A DNA stretch of 64,000 nucleotides from Octopus sinensis (GCF_006345805.1 NC_043010.1:17856001-17920000); one strand, 5' to 3'. Positions 12,423 through 25,109 are shown, counted from the stretch's first letter. Translations and numbers: made by a program. The notes: generated from the sequence alone by a model not told the origin.

Positions 12423-13255
12423 ATACCAAGGAATCTATATGATTTGCTCTACCTGCTAGAAATAGCAGCCAAATCCCTCCCCATCCCCCGGCCATCAGAC
12501 CAGGCCAGCTTTCTTAAAGAAATGGATACATTGGATTAAGTAGAACTAAATATGCAAAAGGATTGCATAGCCTCTGTTCGAATGACTTTGGCCATTGCTG
12601 GATCAGGACTAAGCATCAACACCATTACCTTCCATCCACCACCGCAAACAAGGGACATAACCTTTGTATTCAAAGTGGTTTTAAGTATTCTAAGTTGTCT
12701 CCCCCGACAATACGATGTAACGTTAAACATCTGAACTATATGACAACATAGATGTAGTTCGTAACTAAGATAAGACCTTGTCTATTCGAGGGAGCCCCTA
12801 CGATATCTTCAGCTTTCTAGAAAGAGCAACCAAATCTCCTTTAAATCAGGGTTTCATTGTCCTTCTCGTTTAGTCCATGCACCGCCTAAAATATTAATGG
12901 AAGTCATTTTTTTTTTGCCCCTACCTTCATTATTACAGAAAAGATGTGATACAGTTAATACTTCCATATACTTCTTCTTTCCTTGCAATGATATTGATAG
13001 CTTTGAAAAAAAATTAAACCATCTTAAATTTTATTAAATATGACAACTCGTTGGTGCTCTCCCCACCTTTTACATCCTGCTCCGCTCTAGGTATGTGTCT
13101 CAACAGCAGGTTTTGCATCAATGGCGTTTAATTCTTCATCATACCATCTTTGCTGAAAGTTTAATATATTTCGGACTGTATTCGCATGGGTTTGTCGCTT
13201 GAGGTTGTTTGTGCTGTTGTTGTTGTTGTTGTTGTAGTTGGTCGGTGGAGATGAC

Positions 13256-13659
13256 GGATCTTTTCGGTTTGAACGGCAGTTTTTTCTAGCGGTGTCATAT
13301 GAAATTGTCACCCATAATTATGACCCTAGTATCTATCTATTGCATTTCAATCTGTTTTAGGGTTAGGGTTAGGGTATCTTTTTTTCTTCACAAATGTAAA
13401 TAAACCCAATCTGTTTTTTAAACGAGGGACATATTCATACGGTACAGAATGTTTTTTACCTCAATAGACGTCAGTGATTGGTTGAAATTTCAGAAATTGA
13501 AGAAAAAAAACAATAAATATCTTACAAACTATAGAATTTTCTCAATAAAGCCAAGAGAAAAAGATGTTTTATAAACACATTCTACCAGTATACGAAGTTT
13601 AAAATTTTTTAGTTACCTAAAAATTATGTTAAAAATTGCCGTTCAAACCGAAAAGATCC
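13256..13659 (+). mobile_element. Merlin-type MITE copy 2
   Basis: Near-identical to 2229-2628; TIRs intact; no TSD. Confidence 0.85.
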
Positions 13660-13677
13660 TATATTTCTTAGGCTGTG

Positions 13678-14170
13678 TGTAGCGGATTCTCAACGGAAGA
13701 TTTTATTATTGCACATGAAGACAAACTGCGTTGACATTTTACATCAGTAATAATTACAAACTGAGAAAGAGATTCTGGTTCAAGTTTACGCTAAGCTGTT
13801 GATACGCCAGCGTATGGCTTGCCCAACATAACTGGAAACAATTGCGCTATCTTCATAGCAACGGAAGTTCCTGTCATCTATATGCGCCATCTACTTTTGC
13901 GGCCATCCTGAGTCATCTGGCTGTGAAAATGTCCGTCGTCTGGTGTAGCAAGAATGGAGGCACACATAACTCAGCTGCCTCAGCGCTCTTCAATTGATTA
14001 CCGCAAAAAGTTGCCTTTTATAGGGCACAAGAAGAAGATTCTAAAAGATTGAATCACGCGATGGCTTGATGCTTATTGGTTGTTCAATAGACCGATCACG
14101 TGAAGTTTTTGTGGTTTGCTCGTGATGTCTGACCGCTTATCCAGGGATTCGATTTCGAATCCCCGCTACA
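13678..14170 (-). mobile_element. LTR-like element, family L copy 1
   Basis: TGTAGCGG...CCGCTACA termini; on minus strand CACGTG, CCAAT, TATAAAA, then AATAAA; homologous to 41.2, 42.0 and 45.3 kb copies. Confidence 0.6.
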
Positions 14171-14897
14171 GATTCACAAGTTTCCTTCCCATTTTCAGAA
14201 TGTACGGCATGATATAAGAGAGATTCGGCTGGCACAACTCATTGTTCGAACGCACATCTCGAGGTAACCTCTTCGTCTCATCAAATTTTCATAAATTCTA
14301 TGAGGGCTCATCAAATTACTTTTTAAGGAACTCAAAGAGACACCCCCTCCTACCACACAGTGAAACGACCAACACTGATGGCTCCCCACCTGTTGTCACA
14401 GCATCCTTCTAGAAGAGAAGTTACTCTGATATAAAACCTGCAGTTTCTCCTGATTACTAGTCAACTCGCTGCTTCGGCCTGTCACTTGGTACCAATCACG
14501 CAAACTCAGAGTGGCACTCGTGATGTACAAACGTTTATCACTGGAATCCAATGGTCTACAGGTGTCTCTTTATGGATACCAAATTTATCATTCTATCTCC
14601 TGAAAGTTGTACAGCGATGGGAAAGGGGTGAGGTGTGCAGACGTAACCTGTTGAAAGCGTACAGTTGCAAGTTCCGTGTGTCAAACCATGCAGATCTGCA
14701 ACGGGGTTGAATAGTTAACTGGGAGGTTACGGACGGAAAGTCAGGCATGCTATTGACAACAAGGAAGAACAAGGAGACGGAAGTCATCTGTGAAGATGGA
14801 GTAATTTTTAAGAGGTTTTGGGGATCTGACGATATGCTATAAACCTAGGTAAACCTGGACGAGAAACCTAGGTAATCCCATAAACCAGCATTCCCCA

Positions 14898-14992
<95 letters not shown>

Positions 14993-14997
14993 TATAT

Positions 14998-15193
14998 GTA
15001 GGTCCCGGGTTGAGTCGGGGTTAACCACAGTAAATAAGGTACTCAATACATAGCAGAGTAAATTAATTTATTTTATAGAAGGAGCTTCTACAGGACTAGA
15101 ACTGTTTCATTCAAAAGAAATCATCAGCTTCCTGATGATTTCTTTTGAATGAAACAGTTCTAGTCCTGTAGAAGCTCCTTCTATAAAATAAAT
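14998..15193. mobile_element. Penelope-like pseudo-LTR remnant with inverted copy, inside (TA)n
   Basis: 62-bp perfect inverted repeat 15066-15127/15132-15193 containing hammerhead cores and AATAAA. Confidence 0.65.
15126..15176 (+). ncRNA. Hammerhead ribozyme motif (mirror copy on - strand)
   Basis: CTGATGA (15132), ttc-tttt-gaa stem II, GAAAC...GTC cleavage triplet, agcttc/gaagct stem I offset by 5 nt. Confidence 0.6.
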
Positions 15194-15372
15194 ATATATA
15201 TATATATAATATATATATATTATATATATATATATAGATATATATATATATACAGAGAGAGAGAGAGAGAGAGAGAGAAATAGATATAGATATAATTTCT
15301 GTCATGGTTTCTCTCGCTTATGTCTACTTATATCCCCTCGTGTGTGCGCGTGTGCCTGTATATACATACATA

Positions 15373-15440
<68 letters not shown>

Positions 15441-16149
15441 CATACATACATACATAAAAACATACATACATACACACACACACATATACATATATACAGG
15501 AATATTGATGCAAACAGAATAAATAGAACTTAAACATCCAATAGAAATGACCCATTCATCTTCGTAAATTATTTGGTATAAATCAAATTGAGTATGCTTA
15601 TGTCTTAGTATTTAAACTATTACAGTTATTTCGCAATTTATCCAGTACAACGCTTAAACAAGTAAATAATATTTTCATAAACAATAGATCCACTTATTTC
15701 GGTTAGTAACTTATTCATGAATATACCAACACTAGCGCCGCTGAAGGCAATATTCTCTGGGAATGCACAAAACCTTTTTCATGGTTATTTACTTTGAATT
15801 ATTATTATCTCATATCTGATTAGTCTGTTATTACATAACATGCTTTACGATTTTGGTATACATACCTTATTAGTATTTCCTCCTAAGTTCTATATACTCT
15901 GGGAACGTATTAAAGCCCTTTTAGGGGCTACTTTATTTGAATTCTTACTAACGGGTAGCTAATTTCATGTTATTACATAGCTGACTTTACAATTTGGGTA
16001 TTCATAACTTATTGGTAATTCTTAAAAACAAGATCCTGCGTAAGACAGTTCAGTATTCTCTGTAAATGCACAAAAATCGTTTTAAGGGCTACATACTTTG
16101 TATTGTTGTTATTGGATTAGCGAAAAAATTATGAGAACGGAACCAAGGG

Positions 16150-16190
16150 ATAAGCCCCGCTTTCCCGGGAATTACCGGGTACGCCAGCTA

Positions 16191-16191
<1 letters not shown>
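16150..16191 (+). mobile_element. Helitron-like 3' end
   Basis: cccgg-gaatta-ccggg hairpin followed by CTAG|T. Confidence 0.5.
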
Positions 16192-16256
<65 letters not shown>

Positions 16257-17923
16257 ATGTGTGTGTGTGTGTGCGCGCGCGCACATATCATTATCATTGC
16301 TTTCATCACTTTGCTAAAATTTATTCAGTATCATACTTATATACCTTGGCGTACGATTATGTATGTTTGTACTCCTGCGCTCATAAATACATATAAGTAT
16401 GTGCACAGGCATGATCACATTCACACCACCGTCTACAATGGCCATTTGCCTAGTTTCCTGTTGATATTGAGAAATAATTGTCGAGTGTCAAATCGTTTTT
16501 TTTTTTTTTTCCGGTGTAAAAGATCAACTTCAGATTTGGACACACAAGTATAAGAGCGTCCCCTTTTATTGTAACCTGCAATTTCCAATTGATAAATGAA
16601 TTCCATCAGACATTTGCCTCGGAAGCAAAAATTATAAGTCTCTAGCATTCATCGTCGCTTTAAAGATTGAGCCTTTCCGATACTTTTTTTTTATCTCTTT
16701 TGAAGACAAAGAAATTTTAGTAATGAGACCTTCAATAGTCAGATCGACGCTTGTCTGTTCCGTGCACAAGCTTCATCCCAACTTATCAGCATAACACAGC
16801 AGCAATTACCAACGGAATATCCATGTTAACTCGGAAATTTGTTTGGTGCAAGTTCTTCAACAAGCTAATATCGCAGTGATCACCAGAGACTTTCTTTCAT
16901 TTCATAGAAAAAGCGTGTGATCGAATTCACACGGAGCGAGGAAGGTTTTCTAGATGAGAATACGAGGCTGTATCTTCAACTGAAACTGTGTCCGTTTGGC
17001 AATTTGGATATTTGGGACGAACGTATGAGTAGTTAGTAGCATGATTCAGTTTAATATGATGGAGCTTTGTCTTAAATTACGCTTGGTAATGAGCAGTCGG
17101 AGCAAACCTTTTGCAGGTTTAAACAGACATCCAGGTGAAAACTGTTCCGTTGACGAGCAGCACAAGTAGTTAAATAATCTTTCATGGGCCATCAAGTTTG
17201 TTACATTGCGCGAGACAGAGGAAATGGCAGGAAACTATTCCCTTATGTCGTCATTCCATCATTTCCTGTCAACTTTCTTAAAGCAATGGCAACTATTATT
17301 ATTCTGCATAAAGTTGCACTTTTATGTTCGACCTGATTGTTCCCTGTAGGATGGTACGGAGTTGGTTTTAATTGGAATAATATTGTGAACATCGCCATTT
17401 TGATTCTCACTGATTCACGTGTGCGACAGACGGAAACACGCTGCTGCAAATAATTTTTGTGCTGGTTTCTATGAACAAAAGCCTTCCCTCGTGCTCAGAA
17501 TAATTGATCCGGAGGTTGCTTTAACCGAAGAGACACAATAATGTCGAAATAGCTATGTTTCAAAGTCCCCCCACGTCAATGAATCGAGTATGTTGTCAAC
17601 ACACATCGTCTGAATGCAGAAGTGCTCTGAAGGCGAAATACGTTAGCATATTCCCGTTCAAATCTACCAGAATATATTAAGGATGAGTAATGCACATCGA
17701 CGTATACTATTATTTCTCTCCAAAAATGTACAAATATCTCGAGACAAAAATTGGGACCATCAGTCTAAGTAGACTGAAGCTGGAGAACAAAATATAAAGA
17801 ACATCTTTTGAAGACGGCGAATGATAGTTGGAACTGCAGTACCTATAAGCACAAATTGCAAAAGGCAACCGTGAATATTGGCCTAGAACCACAAACAAGT
17901 AACGGTAAGAATTAGACTATAGT

Positions 17924-18236
17924 GAGTGGAAGCACTCCGTCGGTTACGACGATGAGGGTTCCGGTTGATCCGACCAACGGAACAGCCTGCTCGTGAAATT
18001 AACGTGTAAGTGGTTGAGCACTCCACAGACACGTGTACCCTTAACGTAGTCTCGGGGATATTCAGCGTGACACAGAGAGTGACAAGGCCGGCCCTTTGAA
18101 ATACAGGTACAACAGAAACAGGAAGAAAGAGTGAGAGAAAGTTGTGGTGAAAGAGTACAGCAGGGATCACCACCATCCCCTACCGGATCCTACGACCGCG
18201 AGTCCGCTGCCCTAACCACTGGGCCATTGCGCCTCC
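17924..18236 (-). mobile_element. tRNA-derived SINE family C inserted in the Gypsy element
   Basis: Head ggaggcgcaatggcccagtggttagggcagcggactcgcgg; TSD AGACTATAGT. Confidence 0.85.
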
Positions 18237-19265
18237 GAAGACTATAGTAGAGGGTCTTTGAAGTTTCGATTCAAAACATGTGATGCCTTAATCAGTAAAA
18301 CTTTTAACATTTTCCACAGAAAATGGCATGTTGTCCAGAATGACAGAAAAGCTTGTGTAATGTGATTCTAAGAGAAGGGATATTGTAGAGAAACATTTAA
18401 TAAGAACATCGGAAACTGAATAATGTTAATTTTTGCTGATATAATTGTCGGCTGATATTAGTGGTAACTGGTCAGTAGCCTTCGTTTTTGCTTTGCTGCT
18501 GGGGCTGAATGTGAATTAAATTGTTTGTTACACATTGAAGTTAAATAAAATAACTTTGAAGTAAAAAAAAAAACAAAGCAAAAAAACAATTTACCATTCG
18601 TCAATACTTTCTGTTATGGCCATATCCTCGTTTGGGAAGCAGTTTTGGAGAAAAAAGTGACAGGTTTATTTCACTGTGAAAGAATACCTGAAACAATTGC
18701 TCCAGAAGCATCAGTCTTGACATGCAGTGGAACTTCAGGTAAGATAGTCGAAGGACAGACGAAATTTAAACACATGAATATCAAGGATACTGGTGTATGT
18801 TTTCTAACACCAGAAAAGAAGGCTCGAGAGGGGTTGAATTAACGCCGAGAATGAATACATCCATTTCGGAAATTATCTGAAGAAACTTTACTACAGTTGA
18901 GGGTATTTAACAATGTTAGGTGTCCGGAAACCACTGTTATCTTTCAATCTTTCCGGATCAAATTGCAGAGAATTTGTTTCCGTTTTGTGTCCATGGTCAT
19001 AAATGGATGTTTGGTAGAGATGTTTGTCGTGGTTCAATGTTAAGTTGAGTCTCTTTGTAACGGAAATAAACAGAGACAAGTTCTCATCGTGGTGACTCTC
19101 AGAGAGATGCGAGAATTCTTTTGATCTGATTGTCGTCCTCATCACTCATTGAAGAGCATTCAGGGAATTAATGACACCAAAGGGTCACCCTATCAACTCG
19201 AATAAATATCCATCCGCGTAAAATACAATGTGTACCTCCAATCGTCAATAATAAGTTCATAGGTC

Positions 19266-20175
19266 AAAGGCGGCGAAATGACAGAATCGTTAGCACATCG
19301 GGCGAAATGCTTTGCGGTATTTCGTCTGCCGCTACATTATGAGCTCAAATTCCGCCTAGGTCGACTTTGCATGCACTGGGATCGATATAATCGACTTAAT
19401 CCGTTTGTCAGTCCTTGTTTGTCCTCTCTGTGTTTAGCCCCTTGTGGGTAGTAAAAAAATAGGTATTTCGTCTGCCGCTACATTCTGAGTTCAAATTCCG
19501 CCGAGGTCGACTTTGCCTTTCATCCTTTCGGGGTCAATTAAATAAGTACCAGTTACGCACTGGGGTCGATATAATCGACTTAATCCGTTTGTCCTTGTTT
19601 GTCCTCTGTGTTTAGCCCCTTGTGGGTAGTAAAAAAAAATAGGTATTTCGTCTGCCGCTACATTCTGAGTTCAAATTCCGCCGAGGTCGACTTTGCCTTT
19701 CATCCTTTCGGGGTCAATTAAATAAGTACCAGTTACGCACTGGGGTCGATATAATCGACTTAATCCGTTTGTCCTTGTTTGTCCTCTCTGTGTTTAGCCC
19801 CTTGTGGGTAGTAAAAAAATAGGTATTTCGTCTGCCGCTACATTCTGAGTTCAAATTCCGCCGAGGTCGACTTTGCCTTTCATCCTTTCGGGGTCAATTA
19901 AATAAGTACCAGTTACGCACTGGGGTCGATATAATCGACTTAATCCGTTTGTCCTCTCTGTGTTTAGCCCCTTGTGGGTAGTAAAAAAATAGGTATTTCG
20001 TCTGCCGCTACATTCTGAGTTCAAATTCCGCCGAGGTCGACTTTGCCTTTCATCCTTTCGGGGTCAATTAAATAAGTACCAGTTACGCACTGGGGCCGAT
20101 GTAATCGACTTAATCCCTTTGTCTGTCTATCCTTGTTTGTCCCCTCTATGTTTAGCCCCTTGTGGGCAATAAAGA
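19266..20175 (+). mobile_element. SINE family B pentameric array (one head plus 5 tandem ~180-bp bodies)
   Basis: A/B-box head, gcctttcatcctttcggggtc central domain, 16-bp TSD AATAAGTTCATAGGTC. Confidence 0.9.
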
Positions 20176-20699
20176 AATAAGTTCATAGGTCTTCCCCCAC
20201 CTTCCGCCTCTTTAATGCCATTGTCGAGAAAGTAACTGTGGATCTCTTGAACGTTGCTCCGTTTGTAAACATTTCCAGGACAAGATTTATAAAGTAGAAG
20301 CGTGTACACACATGCATACAAACACACACACACACATACATACACACACCACGCGCGCGCGCGCGCATGTGTGTGACTTCTTTCAAATACGTGTCATGCC
20401 ATTATGCAATTGTTGTCCCGAAAGTAAAGAAAATCAGGCATAACTTCTCTATTAACTGACGTACCTCGTTCAAACTGCATGTGTTGGGCGAGTAACTCCC
20501 CCACGTCTCTCTTTTCATAGAAAGGCATTTCTCAACACAGTCTCCATTACAAGCAATGCCTTTTCACCATCATTGAATCTCTCTTTCTCTCAAATTCTCA
20601 CAGAAAAATTCATCTCTGCTCTGATATACCGACTTATCTTTCTCCCAATATTTTGTCAGATTTTATGCCTGTCTCAATGTACTTCTCTCTGTTCACGAT

Positions 20700-21420
20700 A
20701 CAGCAACCTTCCAAAGCATTAAAAAAATGACACCCTTGTTACTTCCCAAAACAGTCACCATGACTTCCTGTGCCAATCTTCTTAAACACTGTAGAAGACG
20801 TGTGATGGCATTCCATGGACTGAGCCATCGTTTCTGGATCGTAAACGTATTTTTCACCCTTATACTATTAGATAAGAAGAAAAAAGAAACTCGTCTTTAT
20901 TGGTTCCAAACGCTTCCAATTCCAGGGCAGACACTCACCCTTCTCTTCATGAAATCGGGTGTTAACTGCCGAGGTACCATTTCTGTTCACACTTTCTCTT
21001 CATGAAATCGGGTGTTAACTGCTCAGGTACCATTTCTGTTCACACTTTCTCTTCATGAAATCGGGTGTTAACTGCTGAGGTACCATTTCTGTTCACCCTT
21101 CTCTTCATGAAATCGGGTGTTAACTGCTGAGGTACCATTTCTGTTCACACTTTCTCTTCATGAAATCAGGTGTTAACTGCTGAGGTACCATTTCTGTTCA
21201 CACTTTCTCTTCATGAAATCAGGTGTTAACTGCCGAGGTACCATTATTTCTGTTCACATTTTCTCTTCATGAAATCGGGTGTTAACTGCTGAGATACCAT
21301 TTCTGTTCACATTTTCTATCATATTTTGTAATACATTGTGGGCACAGCCTAGTGGGGCAGTAATTTCACAGATTCCAATCTATCCGTCCACTCGCTGGCG
21401 ATTTGCGTCAGTGGCCACAG
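20700..21420 (-). mobile_element. Mariner transposase fossil
   Basis: YVYDPETMAQSMECHHTSS and EVMVTVLGSNKGVI match the mariner YDPETKxQS and KVMxxVFWDxxGVI motifs; boundaries approximate. Confidence 0.65.
20935..21317. repeat. 53-bp minisatellite x7
   Basis: catgaaatc recurs at 20948, 21001, 21054, 21106, 21159, 21212 and 21268. Confidence 0.95.
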
Positions 21421-21990
21421 TTGATGGTCTTCAAGTATTTTCGTTCATCTTTGCGTATCGCTCTTGTCAATGGTATCGTTTCTGTGACGACACCATTGAT
21501 AAGAGCGATACGCAAAGATAACTTGGATGTCCGACAGACTGCACCCCTCATTCGTCAAGAAATTAATGATGGAGCGTTGCCTCAACTTGGAACACGTTCT
21601 TCGTCTGTAACGAAGAATAACAGGAAGAAGGGTTACTCTACCTTCACACGCAGCTTGAAGGATCTTTGTCAGTTGCCAAACATGTTATACCCACTTTGTA
21701 TTGGTCCGGGATAACCTTTGTATATGTACACACACACACGCGCGCGCACACGCACACACACACGCACACACACACACACACAGTGTTGTCATTGTCAGCA
21801 AGTTACGTATCGGCAGTTAATAACTGCTATAAACATCATTTGTTTAATAACTTCAGCAACCATCTATCGCATTTATACGGAATACACTTTTATTTTATAC
21901 TTAAATTTTTTTGTAACATTTTCTTCGCCTTTTCCTGCGACTTTATTTCCATCTCCATAAAAAAAAAGCAAGATGCCGTGACAAACGTAG

Positions 21991-22405
21991 ATTATTTCAT
22001 TGTTTCTCGCATAAATTTAATGCTTTCATTGTTTTTTGTTCTAAATATTCATCCCTCTGTGTTGGCCACGTGCCCATGTTTCAGCTCAACTCTCTTTACC
22101 GCTCGCATCTTCTGCAATTACTAATTTTACTCTTTACTAATTTTACTCTTTACTCTTTACTAATTTTACTCTTTACTAATTTTACTCTTTACTCTCTACT
22201 AATTTTACTCATTACTAATTTTACTCTTTACTCTCTACTAATTTTACTCTTTACTAATTTCAAGAGTAAAATTAGTAATTGCAGAAGATGCGAGCGATAA
22301 AGAGAGTTGAGCTGAAACATGGGCACGTGGCCAACACAGAGGGATGAATATTTAGAACAAAAAACAATGAAAGCATTAAATTTATGCGAGAAACAATGAA
22401 ATAAT
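21991..22405. repeat. 144-bp inverted duplication with iterated spacer
   Basis: Arms 21991-22134 and 22262-22405, one mismatch seen. Confidence 0.95.
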
Positions 22406-22744
22406 GAGCAAGTAACAATGAGCAAGAGACGCGTAAATATGAAAACAATTTGAAAATGATTGAGTAATAAATAAGAATAAAACAATGCAATTTATAAGGC
22501 ACAAAAAGAGAATGACTCTCCCCCGGCACAACAGAATACAATTTAGTATTTTTATAAGTCTGACGGGTAAAATTTCCTCATCTCCGTCGTTTAAGTATCA
22601 TTAGGTTGCTTACGCCTTTGTATAACTTCACTATTCGGTATTTGTTACTGTATATCTCTCGGTCAGAGGTTTAAAACAAGTTTTTCTCTGTAAAATATAT
22701 TCAAATTTATTAATAAATTCATTAGTAAGTTTACGTAACTAATT

Positions 22745-23358
22745 TCTCTCTCTCTGCTCTCTCTGCTCTCTTTCTCTCTGCTCTCTCTCTCTTTCTCGCT
22801 CTCTGCTCTCCCTCTCTCTCTCTCTCTCTCTCTGCTCTCTCTCTTTTTCTCTCTCTCTGCTCTCCCCCTCTCACTCTGCTCTCTTTCTCTCTGCTCTCTT
22901 TCTCTCTGCTCTCCCTCTCTCTGCTCTCCCTCTCTCTGCTCTCCCTCTCTCTGCTCTCCCTCTCTTTCTCTCTGCTCTCCCCCTCTCTCTCTGCTTTCTC
23001 TCTCTCTCTCTCTGCTTTCTCTCTCTCTCTCTCTGCTTTCTCTCTCTCTCTCTCTGCTTTCTCTCTCTCTCTCTCTCTCTTTCTCGCCCTCAGCTCTCCC
23101 TCTCTCTCTCTCTGCTCTCTCTCTCTTTCACGCCCTCAGCTCCCCCTCTCCCTCTCTGCTCTCTCTCTCTTTCTCGCTCTCTGCTCTCCCCCTCTCCCCC
23201 TGCTCTCTCTACTCTCTCTCTCTCTGCTCTCTCTCTCTCTGCTCTCTCTCTCTCTCTCTGCTCTCTTTCTCTCTGCTCTCTCTCTCTCTTTCTCGCTCTC
23301 TGCTCTCCCTCTCTCTCTCTGCTCTCCCTCTCTCTCTCTCTTTCACGCTCCCTTTCTC
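22745..23358. repeat. Compound (CT)n/(CTCTG) microsatellite
   Basis: Direct inspection. Confidence 0.95.
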
Positions 23359-23817
23359 TTATATATCTTCTACCACAATTACGCTGTCGGTTTGTTTCCA
23401 TCTCCCAAACCATCATTTTCTTTCTATGCTCACATTTCGGCGGTTCTTCACTATTATTCCTGACATCATTTCTGTACCGATTCAGGCTTCTGTACAAAAC
23501 CTTCCATACTCCATCCGAAATAAAGAGAAAGGGAGAGAGAGAGGCATGTCTGTGATGGTCCAGTCTGTTAGAAATGGCAGTCATATCACCCTCAAGTAAC
23601 CCTCTACTGTCTTACAAAACACAACGATTCATAGACTAAAATAATCTCATGTCCTAACAACAAAAAGAGGATAACTCATTAGGAAACACGAATGTAAGAT
23701 CGTCTCGATTAGGTCTCACCTGGGGCTAAATAGCAACAACAGCAACGACCATATCCGCCACAATTCCCAGGTTCGACCAACGACATTTTGTATTTATTAT
23801 TCCAACATAACCAATAC

Positions 23818-24235
23818 CTATTTCTTTACTGCCCACAAGGGGCTAAACACAGAGAGGACAAACAAGGACAGACAAACAGATTAAGTCGATTATATCGATC
23901 TCAGTGCGTAACTGGTACTTATTTAATCGACCCCGAAAGGATGAAAGGCAAAGTCGACCTCGGCGGAATTTGAACTCAGAACGTAGCGGCAGACGAAATA
24001 CCTATTTCTTAATTACCCACAAGGGGCTAAACACAGAGAGGACAAACAAGGACAGACAAAGAGATTAAATCGATTATATCGACCCCAGTGTGTAACTGGC
24101 ACTTATTTAATCGACCCCGAAAGGATGAAAGGCAAAGTCGACCTCGGTGGAATTTGAACTCTGAACGTAGCGGCAGACGAAATACCGCTGAGCATTTCGC
24201 CCCGCGTGCTAACGATTCTACCAGCTCGCCGCCTT
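23818..24235 (-). mobile_element. SINE family B dimeric array
   Basis: Head plus 2 bodies; 15-bp TSD CAACATAACCAATAC. Confidence 0.9.
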
Positions 24236-24514
24236 CTTCAACATAACCAATACATCAGTCTCAAAATACCAAACTAATAAATATGGCTTAACTACAGACT
24301 GGTGCTTTTGCAACTCTTGTTTACTCACAACTTTCTGAAAAATGTTTATTAAAAATCAAATTTTGCTGAAATAGGTTTTCGAGGGTTTGGATTATTATTA
24401 TGCTGAAAACAAAACAAAACGCATTTCTTGGAAGATTCTTGGATTATTCTCACAGGGCCAAGACTTTGAGACCATCAGTTTCCATAACTTTAACATTTTT
24501 CACATTTTTTCCTT

Positions 24515-24738
24515 TCATAGCTGGGGTGGAGATAGGGGCGGTCCGCCCCGGGCGGCATTTTTAAAGAGGCGGCACTTTTAAAGAGGCGGCACTTTTAAAA
24601 AGGCGGCACTTTTAAAGAGGCGGCACTTTTCATCCTGTTGTAGGCTATTGCTGTAGGCAATACGTGTATTTTGCAGGGTCCGGGGGAGACAAACGGAAAG
24701 GACGCTCCGGGCGGCACACACTTTAGCTATGCTAGTGA
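24515..24738. mobile_element. GC-rich MITE (sister of 33458-33620) with internal 17-bp tandem
   Basis: ccgggcggca motifs, tagctatgctagtg end, aaagaggcggcactttt repeats. Confidence 0.6.
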
Positions 24739-24985
24739 CCTTATGTAATCTGTACCCTCGAAAACGAACCTCTGCAAAATGTCATGGAAAATATGCCTTT
24801 GGAAATGAGTAATTAGGAAACAATGTCGCGAGGCGGAAGGGGTGGGGAATGAATTGAAATCCCCCCAAGAAAATAAATTTTATATAAACTTTATCCGCAT
24901 AATTATAATCTTCATCCACGAAAAAATATCTTCGCAAAATTTCGCTAAAAAATAAACATTTTCCAGTAAGTTATAAAGAAACAAA

Positions 24986-25016
<31 letters not shown>

Positions 25017-25053
25017 ATGTGTGTGTATGTGTGTGTGTGTGTGTGTGTGTGTT

Positions 25054-25109
<56 letters not shown>

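Larger units (their letters stand above)
16560..20290 (-). mobile_element. Highly decayed Gypsy/Ty3 LTR-retrotransposon pol (RT-RNaseH-integrase)
   Basis: Minus-strand motifs in Gypsy order: YADGYLFELIG*PFGVINS (RT), HDENL...LNLTLNHDK...DPERL, VKTDASGAIVSGILSQ*NKPVTFFS (RNaseH), TPYHPTGNNQVE (integrase); many stops; interrupted by SINEs; boundaries approximate. Confidence 0.85.

Noticed and set aside
13087-13311. 74-aa minus-strand ORF
   Set aside because: Starts inside a MITE and crosses an (AAC)n tract; no recognisable motif
13357-13374. Telomere or fusion site
   Set aside because: Only three TTAGGG units, internal to a multicopy MITE
13678-14170. Hsp70 or small-HSP gene behind the HSE promoters
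   Set aside because: No heat-shock protein coding sequence downstream of any copy; an early AATAAA and TG...CA ends fit an LTR better
18180-18236. tRNA gene (and similar heads elsewhere)
   Set aside because: tRNA-like SINE heads without a complete cloverleaf, attached to SINE bodies with TSDs
19461-19640. Hammerhead-containing retrozyme in the SINE B unit
   Set aside because: No CUGANGA core on either strand of the unit
19266-21317. CRISPR-like regular repeats
   Set aside because: No unique spacers and no cas genes; these are tandem SINE bodies and a minisatellite in eukaryotic DNA
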